Source: Candidatus Altimarinota bacterium
Lineage (GTDB): Bacteria; Patescibacteriota; Gracilibacteria; UBA1369
Length of the DNA stretch: 64,000 bases
NCBI GenBank assembly: GCA_963677745.1
Contig: OY782391.1
Coordinates: forward strand, 512,001 to 576,000
Direction: 5' to 3'
The notes beneath the pieces are model-generated. The model saw only the letters and a program-made list of their open reading frames with translations. It had not been told where the DNA came from and ran no database searches. A program made the position numbers and the translations under genes. This document shows positions 39,565 to 50,082 of this stretch, piece by piece. The number at the start of each line of letters is the position of its first letter. The stretch's first letter is position 1.

Positions 39565-39640
39565 GCCGCAGTAGCTCAGATGGTAGAGCGCATCCATGGT
39601 AAGGATGAGGTCACGGGTTCGATTCCCGTCTGTGGCTCCA
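39565..39640 (+). tRNA. tRNA-Thr (anticodon GGT)
   Basis: GCCGCAG/CTGTGGC acceptor stem, CATCC-AT GGT AA-GGATG anticodon arm, ACGGG-TTCGATT-CCCGT T-arm, CCA. Confidence 0.96.
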
Positions 39641-39666
39641 TGTATAATTTATGGCTTATTTAAAGC

Positions 39667-40554
39667 CTATTCGAGCATTTCATGCTGTCTGAAATGTTTT
39701 ATCAAATCCTTTACTTCCGCTTCTTGATGAAATTTGCCGGCTAGATTAAGTATATTCCGCTCCAAATCGACTTTATATCCATTCACCTTCTCCCGCGCAT
39801 ATGCTATTCCAAACCGGTCTTTTCCTGTGGGACCAAAAAGCTGATTGAGCATTACTGTCAGGGCATCTTTCGACTTTTCACCCGGAGTCCACATCAAACG
39901 ATCGGCAAAACTGATTTTCGAATCAAAAAATGGATTCCCTAAAGCCTCGTTGTAGTCAATTGTGCGCTTTAGAGATTCGGGATGAAACCAGCCCATCTGA
40001 TCCGCGGATTGCACAATTTTCCCGACAAATGTTGAAGGAGAATTCAGATATGGAGTAATTTCCCGACTTTGAAAATCATGACAAAGTATAGCTTCCTCTA
40101 CGAACGGGATAATCCGGGGTACGTTTAAATAATCACAAAATTGTTTTGCCCGCCTGGCACTCAAAATATGGTGAGATTTCTGTTCCTCGACAATGAATTT
40201 TCCCTGATCATTGAATCTTCCACAATCATGAAAAATAGAGGCTATCGAGACAATTATGATTGCCCAATCAAACACGTCTTTCTTAAAAACCCCGCTTACT
40301 TCTTTCAACAAGTCTTCTTTTTCTGAAATGGTCAGGTTTTCCAATAACTTCATACCAGCTACCCTCACCTGATCACCATGGGTAAAACCATGATGTGTAT
40401 CAGCCAGAAACACCTCCACCCATAAATCATCGGGAAAAGCTTTTTGAATTAGACTTTTAAAACCGCCACTACTGAATTTGATTAAATCAAGGACATCCGT
40501 TGTTGGAATTTTCCGAAGGTTTCCACTTTTTTGTCCCGGCAAGTTCATAAACAA
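39667..40554 (-). CDS. HD-domain phosphohydrolase, AT-rich
   Basis: HH-x-x-x-H, IFHDCGR, HH, LCHD, VQSADQ. Confidence 0.8.
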   Translation of the reverse strand: MFMNLPGQKSGNLRKIPTTDVLDLIKFSSGGFKSLIQKAFPDDLWVEVFLADTHHGFTHGDQVRVAGMKLLENLTISEKEDLLKEVSGVFKKDVFDWAIIIVSIASIFHDCGRFNDQGKFIVEEQKSHHILSARRAKQFCDYLNVPRIIPFVEEAILCHDFQSREITPYLNSPSTFVGKIVQSADQMGWFHPESLKRTIDYNEALGNPFFDSKISFADRLMWTPGEKSKDALTVMLNQLFGPTGKDRFGIAYAREKVNGYKVDLERNILNLAGKFHQEAEVKDLIKHFRQHEMLE

Positions 40555-40626
40555 TAGTTATTTCCAGCACATCTTTGCATAAACAACAGCCGTTTACCAT
40601 AATACAGCACTTCACGACCTCTGCAC

Positions 40627-40659
40627 GACTTTAGTTCGAACATCGCACCAGATGGAGCT
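40627..40659 (+). repeat. 33-bp att-like direct repeat, copy A
   Basis: gactttagttcgaacatcgcaccagatggagct; 29/33 identical to 45497-45529. Confidence 0.8.
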
Positions 40660-40908
40660 CCATTAAACAGCATTTTGTTATCAGAATCCCCACGCTGCTC
40701 TTCAGCATGCTCTTTTTGGGTTCTACCCTTTTGTGAACATCCATCAAACTTATCAGGGTTGGACCTGAAATGAATATCCACAAAGATTTTCACTTTTCCC
40801 CTCCTTCCTCCTAAACATTTCTATCCTATCCACAAACAGACAAACAGCGAGTTTACAAAAAGACAGTTATGTGTCATAATGGCTAGATTATGTTAAACCA
40901 AAAACAAA

Positions 40909-43900
40909 ATGCAAACTTCCCAAAAAATTTCAAAGCTTCAGCATATACATACCATTTTTTATAAACATAAATTTATAGGAATTGGCATTGTGATGGCTGT
41001 ATTAGCTACGACCTATGCCATCAGCTGGGCCTCAATAAGTACAGATTTCGTTGATAATGTAGCGCCTGTTACCGTTGTAGGTCCAAACGCCACCGATGTC
41101 CTGGTCATGGACCTCACAATACCGGATGCCTGGAATGGGGGAGCCTTCTCCTCCGATATCCTCTTACAGTCCGGCAGCAGCGCTTTCTGGCAGGGACAAA
41201 CTTTGAACAATATTCCTGATGCCGGCGTGGGTAATATCGGTGGTGTCGGGTTCGTAAATGTTGCTCCTCCCGGTTTTCAGGGTGGAGGTACGGAAGCAGT
41301 GATCATAGATCTGGATGGTGACAAAAACTATACTTCCGCGGCTGATGTGGCAATTGATTGCGACGGTACGGCCACAAATGGTGCTGATGTACCAGCTTCT
41401 TGCGCTGTCCATAATGCCGGTGATACTCTGATTCCCATGGGAGTTAATAGACTGGATATGGATAATAATGGCACGAGAGACGGCCAGCCTCTTTGCACTG
41501 ATAATCTAATTACGCCTGTAGAATTGGCTGTGGATGACGATGGAGATTGCAGTAATGGTGCCGGAGGAGTTGTGCTCTTGGGAACAACACCTGCTTCCGC
41601 CGTTATTACCATTACCAATGCAGTACCAGCGAATAATGCCTGGGCCTATGCCGACGAGGATGGCGATGGTTGGCTGGACAACGGTGAAGATTTATTTATT
41701 GAAAGTTTTGCCAACTCCAAGACATATTCTGCCGGACCGGATACTGATGTCTATAGTATCGGAGGACTGGCGGCAGGTGCTAATTTGCGTACTTTTGACG
41801 CGCTTGATTGTGATGGAGCCGGCGGACCCGGGACTCAGCCCTGTAAATTTACCGGTACCGCACCTATTGACGCCGCAGACAGTATAGTAGTTGATGAGGG
41901 AACTGCCGCCGGTGCCGCACCCAATAGCATTGTTGATAAGCAGGATGACCAACTGATCGGCATTGGTATTGTAAACAATAGAACAGCTGTAGATATAACA
42001 GACATCTCAGCTGTAAAAATATGGGCTGATGCCGGGGCGGCTGGTTTCGATGGTGCCGGTACTGATACATTACTGGGAACAATGACGGTCCATTCAACTG
42101 ACAATCAAAAATGGAATATCGGTGGACTAACTCAGGCAATTCCTGCCGGAGGGCAGAGAGTCTTTATCACGGTCGATATTAGTGCTGCTCCGACAGACGG
42201 AAGTTCAGTAAGATTCAGAATTCCCGTCTACAATGATGCCGGAGGTGATGGCGTTGTGGCCGCTAACAATGACAAGGGTGTATTTATGGCCTCGAATAAT
42301 GATGGCCCCACAGACGATGGCATCCTCAATGCAACCATTCAAACCATTGACGCCATGGCCCCGGTTTTGACGGAAACAACACCCGTCAGCACACCAACCA
42401 ATGACAATACCCCCGACTATACATTCAATACCGATGAGGACGGTACAATAACCTATGGAGGTGACTGTACCAGCACCACGGCCTTGGCCATAGCAGGAGA
42501 CAACACCATTACTTTCGATACTGTACTGACTGATGGTTTGCACAATAACTGCACCGTTACGGTCACCGATACCGCTTTGAACTCCAGTCTGCCTCTCAGC
42601 GTCAGCGCGTTTACAATAGATACGAGTGGACCCCCGGTTTTAGCGGAAGTTACCCCCCTTCCTTCTCCCACCAATGACAGCACACCCGATTACACCTTCA
42701 GTACAACCAAGGATGGCACAATTACCTACGGTGGAGATTGTTCCAGCGCAACCGCGGCAGCCACAGCCGGGAATAATACCGTGACATTTAATGCCCTGGC
42801 GGAGGGAATACATAATAATTGTACGATTATAGTGACTGACGCTTTACTAAACGCCAGCCTTGCCTTAAACGTAAATGCTTTCTCAGTTGATACCGTGGCT
42901 CCTGCCGCAATTACCGATTTGGCTTCGTCAGCGCAAACCAATACTTCGATCTCCCTTAGTTGGACGGCTCCCGGCGACAATAACAACGTCGGTACAGCCA
43001 CCAGTTATGATTTGCGCTATGCCCAATCCCCAATTAATGCCGGAAACTTCGCTGCTGCAACAGCTGCCGTCGGTGAACCACTGCCACAAGTTGCTGGTAC
43101 GACCGAAACCTATACTATCACAGGCTTAACCGATGATACATTATATTACTTCGCAATTATTACTGCTGATTCGGCCGGTAATCTGTCTCTGATTTCCAAT
43201 CTACCCAGCGTTTCCACACCAGCCACTCCACAAATTACGGGTGCGGGGAATGTAAACGGTATTGGAGCTGGAGCATGTATGGGTTCCTTGTGCATTAAAA
43301 AGGACTCTTTAAAGAGCATCATAGGGCAAAGCGAATCTGGCAAGGCAGAACCGACAATTTTGCCGGCATATTTCTGTGAAAGATCCCAGACAACAGAGGT
43401 GACTTTCAAAGACACAGAAAACGACCCCAACAGACTGTTTATTGAAGATCTGTACAGAAAATGTATTCTGAATGGCCGCAACAACGAAAGCTTTGATCCC
43501 GAAGGACTGGTTAGCAGATCAGAATTCCTGGCGGCTGTGTTGAGAAAGTTCGATCTGAGCATGTCTGAATATCAGAACAGTTATGCCGATGTACAATCTG
43601 CAGACTGGTTCAGCGGCTATGTAGCCACGGCCTTAAATGAGGGACTAATCAACCCCGGAACTAATTTTGCCCCTCAAAACCCGGTTAAGCGCGTAGAAGC
43701 ATTGAAGATAGTAATTTTGGCCTTGCGCATAAATGATGTAGGTGATTTTAATGCCAGCTTCATAGATACGTCTTCACAAGACTGGTTCTATCATTATGTT
43801 GCCTATGCCCAAGTCAAGAAACTCTTGGATATAAAGGAAATCCAGGCTGGCAAGGTCGGTCTGGTCGGCAGATTCTATTCTTTTGACAAGGATCTGCGCC

Positions 43901-44181
43901 AAAGTGACAATAATCTCGATGTCAAATACCTCAAAAAAGTACTAAAACAAATGGGTCTGTTCATTGGGGATATTAATACTTACTATGACCACGAGCTGGC
44001 TCAGGCTGTATTGAATTTTCAGTCTTCACGAGGGCTGAAAGTATCGGGGAATTTTGACTTCCAGACAAGAACAAAGCTTCTGGCAGAGGATTTATCACCA
44101 CGTACAATGCGCTACTTCATGCCTGATAAATATTTGACCAGATCGGAAATGGCAGCCTTGCTGGTAATGATAGACCGCTAA
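40909..44181 (+). CDS. Large S-layer/surface protein (Ig-like, FN3, SLH, peptidoglycan-binding domains)
   Basis: N-terminal TM/signal, Ca-binding-like DxDGD motifs, two Ig modules, LSWTAPGD...YDLRY (FN3), SLH repeats, AVLNFQ-x-x-x-GL-x-x-SG (PG-binding). Confidence 0.85.
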   Translation: MQTSQKISKLQHIHTIFYKHKFIGIGIVMAVLATTYAISWASISTDFVDNVAPVTVVGPNATDVLVMDLTIPDAWNGGAFSSDILLQSGSSAFWQGQTLNNIPDAGVGNIGGVGFVNVAPPGFQGGGTEAVIIDLDGDKNYTSAADVAIDCDGTATNGADVPASCAVHNAGDTLIPMGVNRLDMDNNGTRDGQPLCTDNLITPVELAVDDDGDCSNGAGGVVLLGTTPASAVITITNAVPANNAWAYADEDGDGWLDNGEDLFIESFANSKTYSAGPDTDVYSIGGLAAGANLRTFDALDCDGAGGPGTQPCKFTGTAPIDAADSIVVDEGTAAGAAPNSIVDKQDDQLIGIGIVNNRTAVDITDISAVKIWADAGAAGFDGAGTDTLLGTMTVHSTDNQKWNIGGLTQAIPAGGQRVFITVDISAAPTDGSSVRFRIPVYNDAGGDGVVAANNDKGVFMASNNDGPTDDGILNATIQTIDAMAPVLTETTPVSTPTNDNTPDYTFNTDEDGTITYGGDCTSTTALAIAGDNTITFDTVLTDGLHNNCTVTVTDTALNSSLPLSVSAFTIDTSGPPVLAEVTPLPSPTNDSTPDYTFSTTKDGTITYGGDCSSATAAATAGNNTVTFNALAEGIHNNCTIIVTDALLNASLALNVNAFSVDTVAPAAITDLASSAQTNTSISLSWTAPGDNNNVGTATSYDLRYAQSPINAGNFAAATAAVGEPLPQVAGTTETYTITGLTDDTLYYFAIITADSAGNLSLISNLPSVSTPATPQITGAGNVNGIGAGACMGSLCIKKDSLKSIIGQSESGKAEPTILPAYFCERSQTTEVTFKDTENDPNRLFIEDLYRKCILNGRNNESFDPEGLVSRSEFLAAVLRKFDLSMSEYQNSYADVQSADWFSGYVATALNEGLINPGTNFAPQNPVKRVEALKIVILALRINDVGDFNASFIDTSSQDWFYHYVAYAQVKKLLDIKEIQAGKVGLVGRFYSFDKDLRQSDNNLDVKYLKKVLKQMGLFIGDINTYYDHELAQAVLNFQSSRGLKVSGNFDFQTRTKLLAEDLSPRTMRYFMPDKYLTRSEMAALLVMIDR

Positions 44182-44277
44182 AAACAAAGAAACTGGACAA
44201 AACATCTCACCAAAGCCATTTTACTCGCCACACCGCCCCGTTTGACAAATTCCACATAAAACGGTTTAATGTGCCCT

Positions 44278-45498
44278 ATGTTTGAAGGGGCATCACAACC
44301 AGAAATAAGAGAACGGTTAGACGATTTCTCCCGCTTCCTGGAAATTAGCGAAATTTTCCAGGATTCCCAGGATGTAGGAAACACCTGCCGGAATACTTGG
44401 GAAAACGTTCAGACCTCAATTGCCACAAAATGGGAAATACCCGCCGTTTCAACCTGCCCGGAAATCCAGATTGATCCTTCCATTGAGGAATTATTCCCAC
44501 CCGAGTTTTATTTGGATCCACAGTCCTGGCTGAAAAAACAACCTGACCTGTTGAGAAAAGAAGCCATGAAGATCCCCTGTTCCCCTTCTGAATATGATTT
44601 TTCCAGAGTGAAATTATTATCTCTGAAAAACACCGCCGGTCAGGAAATCAAATTAGTTTGCAAAAAATTAAAAGGTACCGCCGCCCAGGAAATAGCCAGA
44701 GCACAAAGGGCATACGCAGCAGGTATTCCCACCCCCCGGATTCTGGGACAAATGGTTTTGCCGGATTCCTCTACCTACATTCTGATGGAATATATTGCCG
44801 GACTGGACCTGCACGAAATAAATCAGAGTAGAATATGTAAATTAACTGGCAAAATAATAAACCTCACTACCTATGACAACGTCAAAGATCTGAAAAAACA
44901 CGGGAATCTGGGAATAGTCTTCAGCAGATATCCCCAATTATACAAAATTTGGCGACAAAACCGTCACCTGTTCTCCGCTTTTACGCTGGCCAGTCAACTT
45001 TCAGCAATACGCCACAGCAATGGAACAAATCAAGAAGCACTTAAAACAGCCCTCAGGAAAAAATACCGGAAGTTCAATAAATATTATTCCCAAATCCCCC
45101 CGCTGCTTGGATTCCAGGATATCGATACCGCTTTAGCAGCTTCAGAACGGGAAAGCAAAGCTGTTTTAGCAGCCATACGACGAGGGGCAAAACCAACCAG
45201 ATCAGATTTTCAATACACCCACCTTTTATGTACTCATATTCTCAGGCTGAATCAGCAGGTAAAAGACTTCATTGCAGAGGCAAAAGTCCTTATTTACCAG
45301 ACAGAACTTGGCTTCGATCCCGATATCGAAATTGAAAAACTCCGTCAGCTATGTTTAGCAAAAGGGATAGAGCATAAAGACCTGAACTGGCGTAACATTT
45401 TGGTGGAATGGGACTTTGAAAACGACCGCCCCCTGAGCCAAAACGGCCAATTACCAAAGCTATATATCATTGACTGGGAAATCGAGGATAATTCCTGA
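44278..45498 (+). CDS. Kdo/RIO/APH-like kinase-fold protein with a large helical insertion
   Basis: VCKK, E...AGIPTP, LMEYI-x-G, then ~190 aa, then GIEHKDLNWRNILV and IIDWE; TTGACA-17-TTTAAT promoter at 44242-44270. Confidence 0.75.
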   Translation: MFEGASQPEIRERLDDFSRFLEISEIFQDSQDVGNTCRNTWENVQTSIATKWEIPAVSTCPEIQIDPSIEELFPPEFYLDPQSWLKKQPDLLRKEAMKIPCSPSEYDFSRVKLLSLKNTAGQEIKLVCKKLKGTAAQEIARAQRAYAAGIPTPRILGQMVLPDSSTYILMEYIAGLDLHEINQSRICKLTGKIINLTTYDNVKDLKKHGNLGIVFSRYPQLYKIWRQNRHLFSAFTLASQLSAIRHSNGTNQEALKTALRKKYRKFNKYYSQIPPLLGFQDIDTALAASERESKAVLAAIRRGAKPTRSDFQYTHLLCTHILRLNQQVKDFIAEAKVLIYQTELGFDPDIEIEKLRQLCLAKGIEHKDLNWRNILVEWDFENDRPLSQNGQLPKLYIIDWEIEDNS

Positions 45499-45529
45499 CT
45501 TCATTTCGAACATCACCCCAGATGGAGCT
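45497..45529 (+). repeat. 33-bp att-like direct repeat, copy B
   Basis: gacttcatttcgaacatcaccccagatggagct; overlaps the kinase stop codon. Confidence 0.8.
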
Positions 45530-45566
45530 GCCTATACGATTTATCGGCTAATCTCACCAGATTATT

Positions 45567-45596
45567 AAAAAGGTCCGCCGAAGCAGACCCTTTTTT
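45567..45596. terminator. Bidirectional terminator
   Basis: aaaaaggtc-cgccgaagca-gaccc-tttttt between convergent genes. Confidence 0.6.
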
Positions 45597-45611
45597 CAAC
45601 AGTCTTCGGTT

Positions 45612-48600
45612 CTATTTTTCCATAAGCCTCAGCGTCAAATCCACCACCTTCGCGCATTGTGCACGGGTTATTGGATCGGCGGGACCAAATCTGCCATCGG
45701 AATACCCCGCAACCACACCTTTTGTCTTGGCAAATCCGACATATCGGGCATACCAGGCATCGGATACAACATCCTTGAATTTCTCTAAAGATGTCGCAGA
45801 AGTAGACACCTCCATCTTGGAAGCCGTCAAAACAATTTTCAAGGCCTCGGCACGTGACACGCTCTGAGATGGCTTGAAAGAACCGTCAGTATATCCGGTA
45901 ACAATTCCGGCATCCTTAGCAGCCTGAATATATTTAGCCACAGAGGAAGACTTAGGCACGTCACTGAAAGGTGCATCAGTCAAAGCAGATTTCGATAATG
46001 GCAATTTAAACGCCTTCACCACCATTACCACCAAATCACCACGGGTCATATTTCTATCAGGTGCAAACAGAGTTTTAGTCCAACCTTGGGCAGCTCCCAA
46101 TTTATAAAGTTCACTGACATATTGTTCGGACCAATGCCCTTTTACATCCTTGAAAGGCATTTCCTTTTCCTCTGAAACCACCACCTTCTCTACTTCCGTA
46201 CTTTGCATCCTGCCTCCCACCTGTAAACAGGCTTCTCCTGAACATGCCGGACGGCCAAAAGCAGCCGATCCACCTCCACCACCACCCACAGCTGCGCTGC
46301 CGGCAGGACTAAAGGCAACAAAAGACGTAAAATGTTTTGTCCAGATTATCATATCTCCACCCACAGTAATTTTACAGTCACCATCTGCGGCAAGTGCGTC
46401 ACCAGCCACCTGGCTGTCAGCAGAACAGACAGAAGTAATCTCCGTAAAGACTCCGCCTCTGGTGTATCCAACGGACCTGCCGGCTTGTCCGGCCAGTCTG
46501 ATCCTGACACCTTTATCAAAAGACAATTTAATATCATCAAAACCCAGCTCAATAACTGAAGAAACCGTACCATCAACCGTAACCGAACTATTGGGTTTAA
46601 CAGTCGGCGCATGAATAATACCCGTCCACCCTGCTTCACCTGTAACAGTCGTACCCGCAGGGATGTTGACGTCAACATCACCCGCTGAAGTGGAAGAATT
46701 AATTTCAATTTGAGGAATTAATCCGGATGTGCCGGTCAATAAAGAACTAACATCCAACCCGGCACCGTTTACATCTTCAGGTACCTCCAATATCACCGGG
46801 TCCAAAGTTTCCAGAGGTATTTCATTTTCTTCGGTATTCACGGCAAAGGTCGTGCGCTTGTCATCAACATAGTATGGCCAATAATCAACATTGCTGCTAA
46901 TGGAATCACCGTCTCCATTCGGATTTAATTCCTCATTATAAGGACCATTCGCGGCACCCCAATAGTTTCTGGTCGCGTCAAAAGTATCCGGTTCTTCGTC
47001 AATCATCCGGCGCTCACCGCTGGAATAATACACCCCCTCTTCATTGGAAGAAATGGTGTTGTTATGAACCGTAATCCCATCGGCTGAATTGGTATAGATA
47101 CCTGTGTCAAAACAATCCCCTCCATTATTGGTAATGTCATTGCCGGTAATATCCACGCCGGACACTCCATAACTGATATATATTCCGTCGCAGTAATTGG
47201 AATCGATGGTGTTGGAGTCAATGCTGGCTGGAACCTCTCCGGCATAAACCTCCTCGCTGAAATCAATTCCATATCCATTTTCATAGATATGATTGTTTTG
47301 GATCAGATTTCCATCGATAACTCCATATCCTATCCCTTCGGGGTCGAATTCACTACCGCCATACTTGAACAGAACACCGTTATTGTTATCGTAAATCTCA
47401 TTACCGGTTACCGTATTGTCCATGGCCCCACCAAAAGTAATACCGGTATAGTTGTCGTAGATAATGTTATTGCTGATGGTATTTTCATAGGCATAGGGAG
47501 ACAGGCCGACACCGGTATAATTGCCGGTTAATTCATTGTCGGAAATAGTAACTCCACTAACCTCAGGACCAATACGAACATTGGGATAGCTGCAGTCGCC
47601 GTCCACCAAAAATCCTTTAAAAGTAACATCGTCTGAATTAATGGCCACCACTTTATCACAAGCCCCATAAAGCTGCGGGGCATTGGGACCGGGACCCGCG
47701 GTTTGACCGGGCAGTTTTGAGACATCACCCTGTAAAGTCATGGGACTTCTGATACTAATTGGAGATTCAAGATTATATTCACCACCTGCCACATAAACAG
47801 TTCCATTTTCAGCCACTCTGCCGACGCCTGAAGCAATATCACTGAAAGCATCATAACCCCATTCATGCCCACCGGCATCATTGGCGCCGGTCCAATCCAG
47901 ATCTACATAAACCTCATCCGGAGGATTCTGACCATCCAAAACAGGCTGATTATCCAGGGTTGCCAGGTCATTGCCCGACAAATCTTCCACTGAAGCAGGT
48001 ACCGGAGCATTAATGTCTATGGTCGCCGTGCTTCCGGCAGAAACCCCTTCACCGTCAAAAGTCAGGGTAATCAAATCCGTCTCGCCGCCGCTATAACCTA
48101 TAACATTTCGTGGATCCATTTCATCGTTTACCCATAAATCCGAATAATCTTCGGTACTGGTAGTTACCGGTTCGGAAAAAGCCAGTTTAATGGTATTGGG
48201 ACCTATAATTCTGGCCCATAAAAGTGTAGGCGGGATATTATCCACATCAAACTCGCTGAAACCGGTCGTGTTGAAAGTCAGAACTCCGTCCCCATCGCCT
48301 GGGGTCCAATTGAAATTGTTCAAACTATCGCCTCCAACCAGAAAACTGTCTCCTTCACCGGCATTGGCGCTAACGTAACCAAGCACATCACCATTATTGT
48401 CTTTGACAACCAGACCGGGCTGAGTACCAGTATTTACATGCATCAAAACCTCTGCTCCCCCGTCAAGAGTTGAAAGAGCATCGCTGTTAAGACGGATCAC
48501 ATCACCGCTGACTGTCATATTCGCACCAAGATTGATCAGACCGTTAATTGTATCCATATCCGTCAGATTCATCGGAGCATAAACATCCGGCTCTATCACC

Positions 48601-49898
48601 GATCCATAGAGAGTAATTCTGCCGGCCTCGGTTGCTTCCACCTGAGCGGAAAAAACCAGCGGAGCAGCATCGGTAAAGTCAGCAATGGTTGACCAGTCGG
48701 TGGTATTTTCATTATTCAATCGCTCATCCAGATTACGGGGATTAATTCCAAATACCGCATTGAAAGTCTGATAATCAGCCCCGCTGACGGCAAATTCACC
48801 GCCGGCATCCACGAGATAGAGATTCATCACATATGCGCCTTGTCCTTCCGGGAACATCTCGCCGATCGGAATAACAAATTCATATTTATTGCTACCTAAA
48901 TCATTGGTGTAATTGACATAATTGGAACCTGCTTCCCCCATGAATTCTTCCGGCGAACACATGTTCATCTGTGTACCGGAAGTCAGGGATTTAATACAGG
49001 CTCTGGCTGCATACAGTGGTTCATCGGCTTCCAGCACAAACCTGATGCTTTGATCGGCACTGTAATAATACCAGATATTGGGATATTTGGGCTCATCCCA
49101 ACCCAGAGCGGCAGGATTGTTTCCGTCTTGTTTTTCTGCATAAACATGCGTAATACCCGGAGCAGTACCATCGGATACAAACACCGAGTTTGATTCGGGA
49201 AAAGCCGGATTACCGGCCAGATCGGTCAAACTGGAACCAATTTGCATGGTTCCGCCATAAACCAGATTGTCCCCGTCAAAATATAATTGAGGATTGGTTG
49301 AAAGATTATTTCCCCAGTCTTCAATAGTGTGTCCTGCCAGACCGCCCGTAAAACTGGAATAATCGGCGGGAGTAGTATTGACGGCTTCCGACCAGGTCAG
49401 ATCAACCTCATGAGTATCAGGAATCAAAGTAGCCGATATAAAAGTAGGCGCAACGGTATCAACCTGGGCATTGGAACTATCCATTCCTGGATTACAACCC
49501 GTCTCGGTACAAGCAGTCACCGCAACGTTTAAATTAGTTGCTTCTATGGCCCCGGACAAAGGATAGGTAGCCTGCCAGATCCCGCCGCCCGTATCTTCAG
49601 CGGCAACGAGGCCACCTCCAAAAGCGGAATAATTAACGGTCACACTGGTCACTCCGGAGATATTGTTGCCATCTGGTGCAGAATTATCCCAGGTCGCCAC
49701 CACGCTATCACCGATAATGAAAATCCCATCGCTGCCGCTGCCGGCATTAATGGAAATATAAGCGTCCTCGGGAGCACCGGGTGGCATCGGGAAAGCGTGT
49801 GTTAGCCCCGTCCCGGCAATCATCAAAATCAGCCCGGTAAGTACGGAAAGCACCCGTACGGCTTTATTACGGGCCAATCTAAAATTTAGTATATCCAT
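45612..49898 (-). CDS. Giant acidic S-layer protein with a parallel beta-helix and SLH domains
   Basis: Signal peptide, N-x-I-x-x-N-x-I-x-x-N repeats, DATRNYWG, C-terminal FKDVKGHW / GYTDGSFKP / GYSDGRFGP SLH triplet. Confidence 0.88.
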   Translation of the reverse strand: MDILNFRLARNKAVRVLSVLTGLILMIAGTGLTHAFPMPPGAPEDAYISINAGSGSDGIFIIGDSVVATWDNSAPDGNNISGVTSVTVNYSAFGGGLVAAEDTGGGIWQATYPLSGAIEATNLNVAVTACTETGCNPGMDSSNAQVDTVAPTFISATLIPDTHEVDLTWSEAVNTTPADYSSFTGGLAGHTIEDWGNNLSTNPQLYFDGDNLVYGGTMQIGSSLTDLAGNPAFPESNSVFVSDGTAPGITHVYAEKQDGNNPAALGWDEPKYPNIWYYYSADQSIRFVLEADEPLYAARACIKSLTSGTQMNMCSPEEFMGEAGSNYVNYTNDLGSNKYEFVIPIGEMFPEGQGAYVMNLYLVDAGGEFAVSGADYQTFNAVFGINPRNLDERLNNENTTDWSTIADFTDAAPLVFSAQVEATEAGRITLYGSVIEPDVYAPMNLTDMDTINGLINLGANMTVSGDVIRLNSDALSTLDGGAEVLMHVNTGTQPGLVVKDNNGDVLGYVSANAGEGDSFLVGGDSLNNFNWTPGDGDGVLTFNTTGFSEFDVDNIPPTLLWARIIGPNTIKLAFSEPVTTSTEDYSDLWVNDEMDPRNVIGYSGGETDLITLTFDGEGVSAGSTATIDINAPVPASVEDLSGNDLATLDNQPVLDGQNPPDEVYVDLDWTGANDAGGHEWGYDAFSDIASGVGRVAENGTVYVAGGEYNLESPISIRSPMTLQGDVSKLPGQTAGPGPNAPQLYGACDKVVAINSDDVTFKGFLVDGDCSYPNVRIGPEVSGVTISDNELTGNYTGVGLSPYAYENTISNNIIYDNYTGITFGGAMDNTVTGNEIYDNNNGVLFKYGGSEFDPEGIGYGVIDGNLIQNNHIYENGYGIDFSEEVYAGEVPASIDSNTIDSNYCDGIYISYGVSGVDITGNDITNNGGDCFDTGIYTNSADGITVHNNTISSNEEGVYYSSGERRMIDEEPDTFDATRNYWGAANGPYNEELNPNGDGDSISSNVDYWPYYVDDKRTTFAVNTEENEIPLETLDPVILEVPEDVNGAGLDVSSLLTGTSGLIPQIEINSSTSAGDVDVNIPAGTTVTGEAGWTGIIHAPTVKPNSSVTVDGTVSSVIELGFDDIKLSFDKGVRIRLAGQAGRSVGYTRGGVFTEITSVCSADSQVAGDALAADGDCKITVGGDMIIWTKHFTSFVAFSPAGSAAVGGGGGGSAAFGRPACSGEACLQVGGRMQSTEVEKVVVSEEKEMPFKDVKGHWSEQYVSELYKLGAAQGWTKTLFAPDRNMTRGDLVVMVVKAFKLPLSKSALTDAPFSDVPKSSSVAKYIQAAKDAGIVTGYTDGSFKPSQSVSRAEALKIVLTASKMEVSTSATSLEKFKDVVSDAWYARYVGFAKTKGVVAGYSDGRFGPADPITRAQCAKVVDLTLRLMEK

Positions 49899-50011
49899 CT
49901 TTTTGTTTTTTAAAATTATATGTTAAAACATTCTTATTATTATACCATAATTACAGCACCAGTCAATATGCCTCTGTTTAACATTATAAAAACCAGTCTT
50001 ATCATTGTCAG

Positions 50012-50044
50012 ACCATCTTCTCGTACCTCTGGCCAAATGGAACC
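50012..50044 (+). repeat. Degenerate copy C of the att-like motif
   Basis: accatcttctcgtacctctggccaaatggaacc; 20/33 identical to copy B, ungapped. Confidence 0.4.
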
Positions 50045-50082
50045 GTGTTGACACGTAGCAAGAAATATGTTAGGTTAACAAC

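Noticed and set aside
40627-40662. Copy A as a straightforward duplicated tRNA 3' end
   Set aside because: TTCGA-to-CCA spacing is 20 nt versus 15 in the tRNA, and only the last 7 nt match; kept only as an att-like motif.
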